This document shows positions 59,504-64,000 of a stretch of DNA of 64,000 nucleotides, one piece after another. A program made the translations under genes and the position numbers. Position 1 is the stretch's first letter. Every line of letters begins with the position of its first letter. Under the pieces are notes generated by a model. It was not told the origin of the DNA. It did not search any database and saw only the letters and a list, made by a program, of their open reading frames with translations. The stretch is taken from the NCBI GenBank assembly GCA_036267515.1, contig DATAVW010000076.1, forward strand, positions 2,567-66,566, given 5' to 3'. This DNA is from Rhizomicrobium sp. (GTDB lineage: Bacteria > Pseudomonadota > Alphaproteobacteria > Micropepsales > Micropepsaceae).

Positions 59504-60571
59504 ATGCGGCCACTCGGAACGAAGCTTGGTCTTCAGATCGCGCTCTTGTTGCCCCTGTTCGTCGCCGCTGTGCCTTCGCGTGCGCAGAGCACCGATTCTG
59601 CCGTGCACCTCCACGTCTGCAATAAGGGCACGGTTCCCGTCGAGGTGATCGCTGCGCAGAAGAATGAACCCCTGCTTGGAAACTTGTACTGGGACGTCGA
59701 CGGCACGACCGTCTCTCCCGGGCAATGTAAACACGTTTATGGGACTACCGCGGGGTATCCGGCTTACATCGGATTTGGCCTAACCGATGCGACGGGTCGG
59801 TGGGGAGCAGGCAAAATTGTCCGGGTGCCCGATTTGGGGACGTTTGTCCGGTGGTTTCACAGTCAAAAAATCTTGACCGGGGCCGCCGTCCCTTTGTGCG
59901 CCCAGAGAGATACGACCAGTTATCGCACCGACGGCGATCTTCCGGCCAATTGCACGGGGCTGAAATATATGACCGATTTTAGCGGGCATCTGATTGCTCC
60001 GGATGCCAGGTACGGGCCACTCCTTCCTCTCAACTCCGCTCTTTATCTTGAGACAACGGGCCAATCTTGCACCGAGGGTGGAAGCCCAAGTCCCTGTAAT
60101 TTATATCTGAACATCTCACCCAGCGTCGCCGACCGGGAACTGCATGCAGCGGCAGGAACTAATAACGGTGCAGAGGACGCGAAGGTCGACAGCGGCGATT
60201 CCGTCGGCACTCAGCTGCTGAAACTTCTCGCCGAGTCCGCGGCGGAGGAGCGCCGGAAACAAGCCCAGCGACAAGCGCAGGTTGCAAACGCCGCTCCGAG
60301 CGGTGGCTTCGTGCGCTTTCAGGATGGCTGCAATGCGTTTTACCGCGACCCCGCCAACGCCCGCCTCAGCATGTCGGATGCGACCGGCTGGTGTGCTTGT
60401 CTAAGCGAACAGTATCGCAGTCTGATGACCCCCGTAGAGGAAGCAAAGTACGCCAATGATTACGGACGCCTATTTCATGCTGGAATCGCACAGCCGTGGG
60501 GCTACGGAACGTCCAAGTCCGACCCGGCATGGGCTCGCCTTCATCCCGCCGTCGATCGCTGCGCACGGTAA
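59504..60571 (+). CDS. Secreted Cys-rich hypothetical protein (DUF1036-like N-terminus)
   Basis: Signal peptide; LHVCNKG...W...PGQC; C-terminal CNAFY...WCACL...VDRC. Confidence 0.7.
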   Translation: MRPLGTKLGLQIALLLPLFVAAVPSRAQSTDSAVHLHVCNKGTVPVEVIAAQKNEPLLGNLYWDVDGTTVSPGQCKHVYGTTAGYPAYIGFGLTDATGRWGAGKIVRVPDLGTFVRWFHSQKILTGAAVPLCAQRDTTSYRTDGDLPANCTGLKYMTDFSGHLIAPDARYGPLLPLNSALYLETTGQSCTEGGSPSPCNLYLNISPSVADRELHAAAGTNNGAEDAKVDSGDSVGTQLLKLLAESAAEERRKQAQRQAQVANAAPSGGFVRFQDGCNAFYRDPANARLSMSDATGWCACLSEQYRSLMTPVEEAKYANDYGRLFHAGIAQPWGYGTSKSDPAWARLHPAVDRCAR

Positions 60572-60672
60572 TCGGCTGGTCGAATTGTTCGGGCTGCATG
60601 CTTCCGCGTCCGCAGCCACCCCATCTTTTCGCTAGTCTGCGTGCCGGCAAAAAAACCCGGTCGCTGCGTATC

Positions 60673-60981
60673 TCAAGTCGAGACACTTCTTTGGTAGTTC
60701 AGCTCGCTCCGAGCGCTCCAGCGATACAGATTTTCATCCTGACAATGAGGGCATTTGATCGCGGTCAATTGATCATCGAAAGCCGTTGGTTTGTCGCTAG
60801 GTGCGCTGGTCGCAGTCGCAATCACGAGACCGCACCCTTTGTTTTTGCACAACCACCCAACGTAGGCCTCGCCCGCGACCATCTGTTGCGGCGGCCTGAC
60901 GTCGACGTGGCGCAACGGTGCCGTTGCCAACGGTTTGTGTGATGGCGCACCCTTCACTTTGATTGTACGTTTTATCGCCAT
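60673..60981 (-). CDS. Small putative zinc-ribbon protein
   Basis: RBS GGAGG; CKNKGC and CPHC motifs; basic N-terminus. Confidence 0.7.
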   Translation of the reverse strand: MAIKRTIKVKGAPSHKPLATAPLRHVDVRPPQQMVAGEAYVGWLCKNKGCGLVIATATSAPSDKPTAFDDQLTAIKCPHCQDENLYRWSARSELNYQRSVST

Positions 60982-61175
60982 GGCCACCTCCAAAGATGAT
61001 GTGCATTATACGCGCCGACAATTATTGAGTCAGCAAACGCTTCTCACCTTACGAGCCATCCGCTACACCTCGAGCCGCGTCCTGCGCAGCCTTGAGCAAT
61101 TGAGTGAATGCTTTCGGCCACCGCCACGCCGAGAATACCGCCAATCAGCGGGAATGGGATGACAAACCGCAACGA

Positions 61176-62465
61176 CTACCGCGAAGCAGATGTGCGCTTC
61201 ACCCAATTCACGACCGTGTCGATAATGCCCGGCGCTTCGTGCCACCAGAAGAACGGGCCATTGTGCTCCGGCTGAACGGTTAGATTGTGCTGGGCATTGG
61301 GTATGATGACAGCCGTATGTGCGGCGCCGGATTTCGACAGCGCCGCACTGATATCGGCGATGTATTCATGGACAGGACCGAGCGTATCCTTCTCGCCATA
61401 GACCAGAAGAACTGGCACGTGAACCTGGCGCCAAGCTATAAGCGAATCGTAGTTGTCGTTCAACTATCCCCAAGACCATACCCAGGAATCCGGGGACGGA
61501 AAGGCCATCCAGTCGTACCAACCCGCGTGACGGTACTGTTCGCTGACCTTCTTGAAATCCTCGTACGGCCGAGCGCCCCGCGCGGCATCCACAAACCGCC
61601 TATAAGTATTCATCGCTTGCTTGTAATCTTCCGCGCTGAGGTCGAGTTCGCGCGCTGCAACGCTAACGCGATAGATGTCCTGCTTCCACTGCGGACCGGC
61701 AAATGTGTCTTCGGCTACAATGAAGGCGATCTTGCCGGGATCGATGCTGGCTGCGAGCGATGCGATAGCGCCGCCTTGACTGTGGCCGATCAGACCAACC
61801 TTTTGCGAATCGATATCACTGCGGGCCTCGAGAAGATCGATGCCTGCGAGTGCATCCTTGGCCAATTCTGCGAAGCTCGCAGTTCTCCAGTCACCGCCGG
61901 AATCGCCGGAACCACGTTTGTCGTAGGTCAACGCGGCAACACCTGCGCGCGCGAATTGGTCGGCAATGAACCGCGTCGTGCCCCAGCGTGATTGGGGCCC
62001 GCTCCCCTGCAGCAAAACAACCGCAGCATGGGTCCCCGAAGTGCGGGGCAAGCAGAGTGTCCCCTTCAGCACGACGTCGCCGTTGCGGAATGTCACGTCC
62101 TGCGTGTCGTAGAGAAGATTGGCAGCCGCGCTGCGATGGAAATCGAAGCTGCCCGAAAGGTCGCCATTTTTTAATGTTCCACGCATTGTGTCGCGAGCGA
62201 AAGTTCCGTCGAAGACGATCGAGCCACCGAGCGTGAACGATATGCGCGCGCCATTCTGATTTACTCTATCCAGAGGATAGCCCATGGCCGCCTGTGGGAT
62301 CGAAGTGAAGCGTCCTCCATCATTCAAGAAGTCGAACGAAACGGGCAGGCTTTGACCGTGCGCGGTCATCTGACCTTGCCAGTGACCATTCGCAGATGTT
62401 TCATTTGCATGCGCGCCGCTCAGCAGGCCGAAAGCTGCAACTGTCGCAAGCCACATGGTCTTCAT
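61176..62465 (-). pseudogene. Secreted alpha/beta hydrolase interrupted by an in-frame TAG (61464-61466)
   Basis: GHSQGG nucleophile before the stop; GEKD and NAQH (Asp/His) in the same frame after it. Confidence 0.85.
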
Positions 62466-63421
62466 GTTCGTACCCTCGATGAAAAACGTTGGCGATAGGA
62501 TGATGGCGCGATGCCGTAGCGGCGCTCGAAAGCATTGCGGAAAACCTCCCTGCTGGCATAGCCAATGGAGCCAGCCACCGATTCAACTGTTTGACCGGCG
62601 AGCGCCAAGCGCCGCGTCACCTCATCGAGACGGACGGTTTCCACATAGTCGCCGGGAGCGATGCCGAAGGTTTGCTTGAAAAGGCGGGTGAAATGGCGGC
62701 GACTCAAGTGCGTGCGCCGTGCCATGGCATCCACCGACAGATTGGCCTTCAGATGCGTGGGAATCCACGCCGCCAGGTCAGCGAACTTGTCCGTCGCACG
62801 GGTCTGGAACTGTAATGGCTCAGAGTATTGCAGCTGTCCGCCTGGACGCTTGATATAAACCACCAACTCGCGCGCCACCGCAAGCGACACCTTTGGGCCC
62901 AAGTCCTTCTCGATCAGAGCAAGACTGAGGTCGATTCCAGCTGTGATGCCGGCGGAAGTGTGGAAACGTCCGTCCTGGATGAAGATCGCATCGGGTTCGA
63001 GCTTGATGTCTGGAAACTCGCGCCGCACGTCGGCGATGAAGCGCCAATGCGTGGTCGCACGCCGGCCATCAAGAAGTCCAGTCCGCGCCAAGCCATATAT
63101 GCCCGTGCACACAGATACTATTCGCCTCGCTTTCGCACCTTCATTCTTGATCCATACAGCCACGGCTGCGGCGGTCTTCGGAATGCGCAGACCTTCGCCG
63201 CCCGGTATGATGATTGTGTCGAATGGTCCGGCTGGACACTTTGTGATTGAAAGAATCTGCAGACCCGACTCGGTACGGACACCTTGGCCGTCGACCGCGG
63301 CGATCGTGATCTCGTAAGCGTTTTCCGCATAACTATTCGCCGTTGCGAAGGTTTCCGCCGGCCCGATAAGATCGAGCGCCGTGACTCCTTCATATCCAAG
63401 GATGCAGATTTGCCTTGCCAT
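62462..63421 (-). CDS. GlxA-family (DJ-1/PfpI plus AraC) regulator
   Basis: IIPGG, SVCTG, ATTHW, TSAGITAGIDL, RPGGQ.QYS, SRRHFTRLF. Confidence 0.92.
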   Translation of the reverse strand: MARQICILGYEGVTALDLIGPAETFATANSYAENAYEITIAAVDGQGVRTESGLQILSITKCPAGPFDTIIIPGGEGLRIPKTAAAVAVWIKNEGAKARRIVSVCTGIYGLARTGLLDGRRATTHWRFIADVRREFPDIKLEPDAIFIQDGRFHTSAGITAGIDLSLALIEKDLGPKVSLAVARELVVYIKRPGGQLQYSEPLQFQTRATDKFADLAAWIPTHLKANLSVDAMARRTHLSRRHFTRLFKQTFGIAPGDYVETVRLDEVTRRLALAGQTVESVAGSIGYASREVFRNAFERRYGIAPSSYRQRFSSRVRT

Positions 63422-63447
63422 GGCGCGAAAGATAGCAGCTCGGGCCG

Positions 63448-63570
63448 ATGGCCCTTCAGCGTCTTGACGCCGATCGCGATCGAACCGCGCTGAGCGCTTG
63501 ATCGACTGCCAAGAAAGGTATCCTGATCGATACAACGCCCGGCAGCTGCGAACGCTGCATCGCCGCGGTG
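63448..63570 (+). mobile_element. Degraded transposase remnant (IS21/ISNCY-like)
   Basis: Frameshifted LDADRDRTAL..LDRL/QERYPDRYNARQLRTLHRR resembles the LQ..YPG.Y...QLRTLQRR transposase motif. Confidence 0.45.
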
Positions 63571-63852
63571 CCGGACGTCCGCCCAGTGGATCGCCGCCGC
63601 CATTTACCGTGGCTCTGAGACATGAATGAGCGCGATCAGACCCTGAGAAACGAATGGCTCTCAGATGCTGGCGGCGTGACAATCACCAATTCAACTGGGT
63701 TCCCGTGCTGCTGCTAACGCGTGTCGATGATTTTTAAAATTTGCAACCGAAACGACTCTTGGCGGGTATTGAAGGCGAGCTGTGCAGTATCCGCTCGGCT
63801 GTTGAGTTAGCAATCGGCAGCAACTTCGGTAAGCCACCAGCAGGGAAGCATC

Positions 63853-64000
63853 ATGACCCAGGAAATAGCCCCCAAAGGATCACAACACCGGGCATTGCAG
63901 CTACTGGCAAACGCCGCTCTGGGATTAGCGGGGCTGATCCTGATCCTTCTCACCTTCATCATCATGCAGAACAATCAGGACATCAGGCCGGTTTTTATGG
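63853..64000 (+). CDS. Membrane-anchored hypothetical protein (5' part only)
   Basis: MTQEIAPKGSQHRALQLLANAALGLAGLILILLTFIIM... stays open to the window end. Confidence 0.5.
   Translation, partial: MTQEIAPKGSQHRALQLLANAALGLAGLILILLTFIIMQNNQDIRPVFM

Noticed and set aside
61464-61466. Amber recoding (pyrrolysine or alternative genetic code)
   Set aside because: TAG terminates several ordinary genes here (for example pyrF, the amidohydrolase and the TIR gene) and no pyl genes are seen

Overview
High-GC bacterial chromosomal window, most consistent with a gammaproteobacterium (inference from tRNA-Leu-tig-clpP-clpX-lon synteny, pilU and a GlyGly-CTERM lipoprotein). 1-9 kb: core chaperone/protease operon flanked by an XRE regulator plus rhombotarget lipoprotein, an orphan Xre/MbcA antitoxin and pyrF. 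9-17 kb: mixed genes, toxin-antitoxin debris, a RES-Xre pair, a solitary pilU and a two-gene module of a c-heme (DUF3365) HAMP receptor lacking an output domain plus a TIR protein. 17-38 kb: hydroxyproline catabolism, acyl-CoA metabolism, D,D-dipeptidase and amino-acid genes, and an alpha-glucosidase. From about 38.6 kb on: a visibly more AT-rich, decaying accessory region with a LigC/LigD-polymerase pair, a prolyl oligopeptidase plus two MacB-type permeases, an MsrPQ-like molybdoenzyme facing a Met-rich EF-hand peptide operon, and many gene fragments and frameshifts. The best candidates for undescribed systems are the heme-HAMP receptor/TIR module (15.3-16.9 kb) and the Met-rich EF-hand/Msr-like module (52.4-57.2 kb). 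All family calls come from motif recognition by eye, not database searches.
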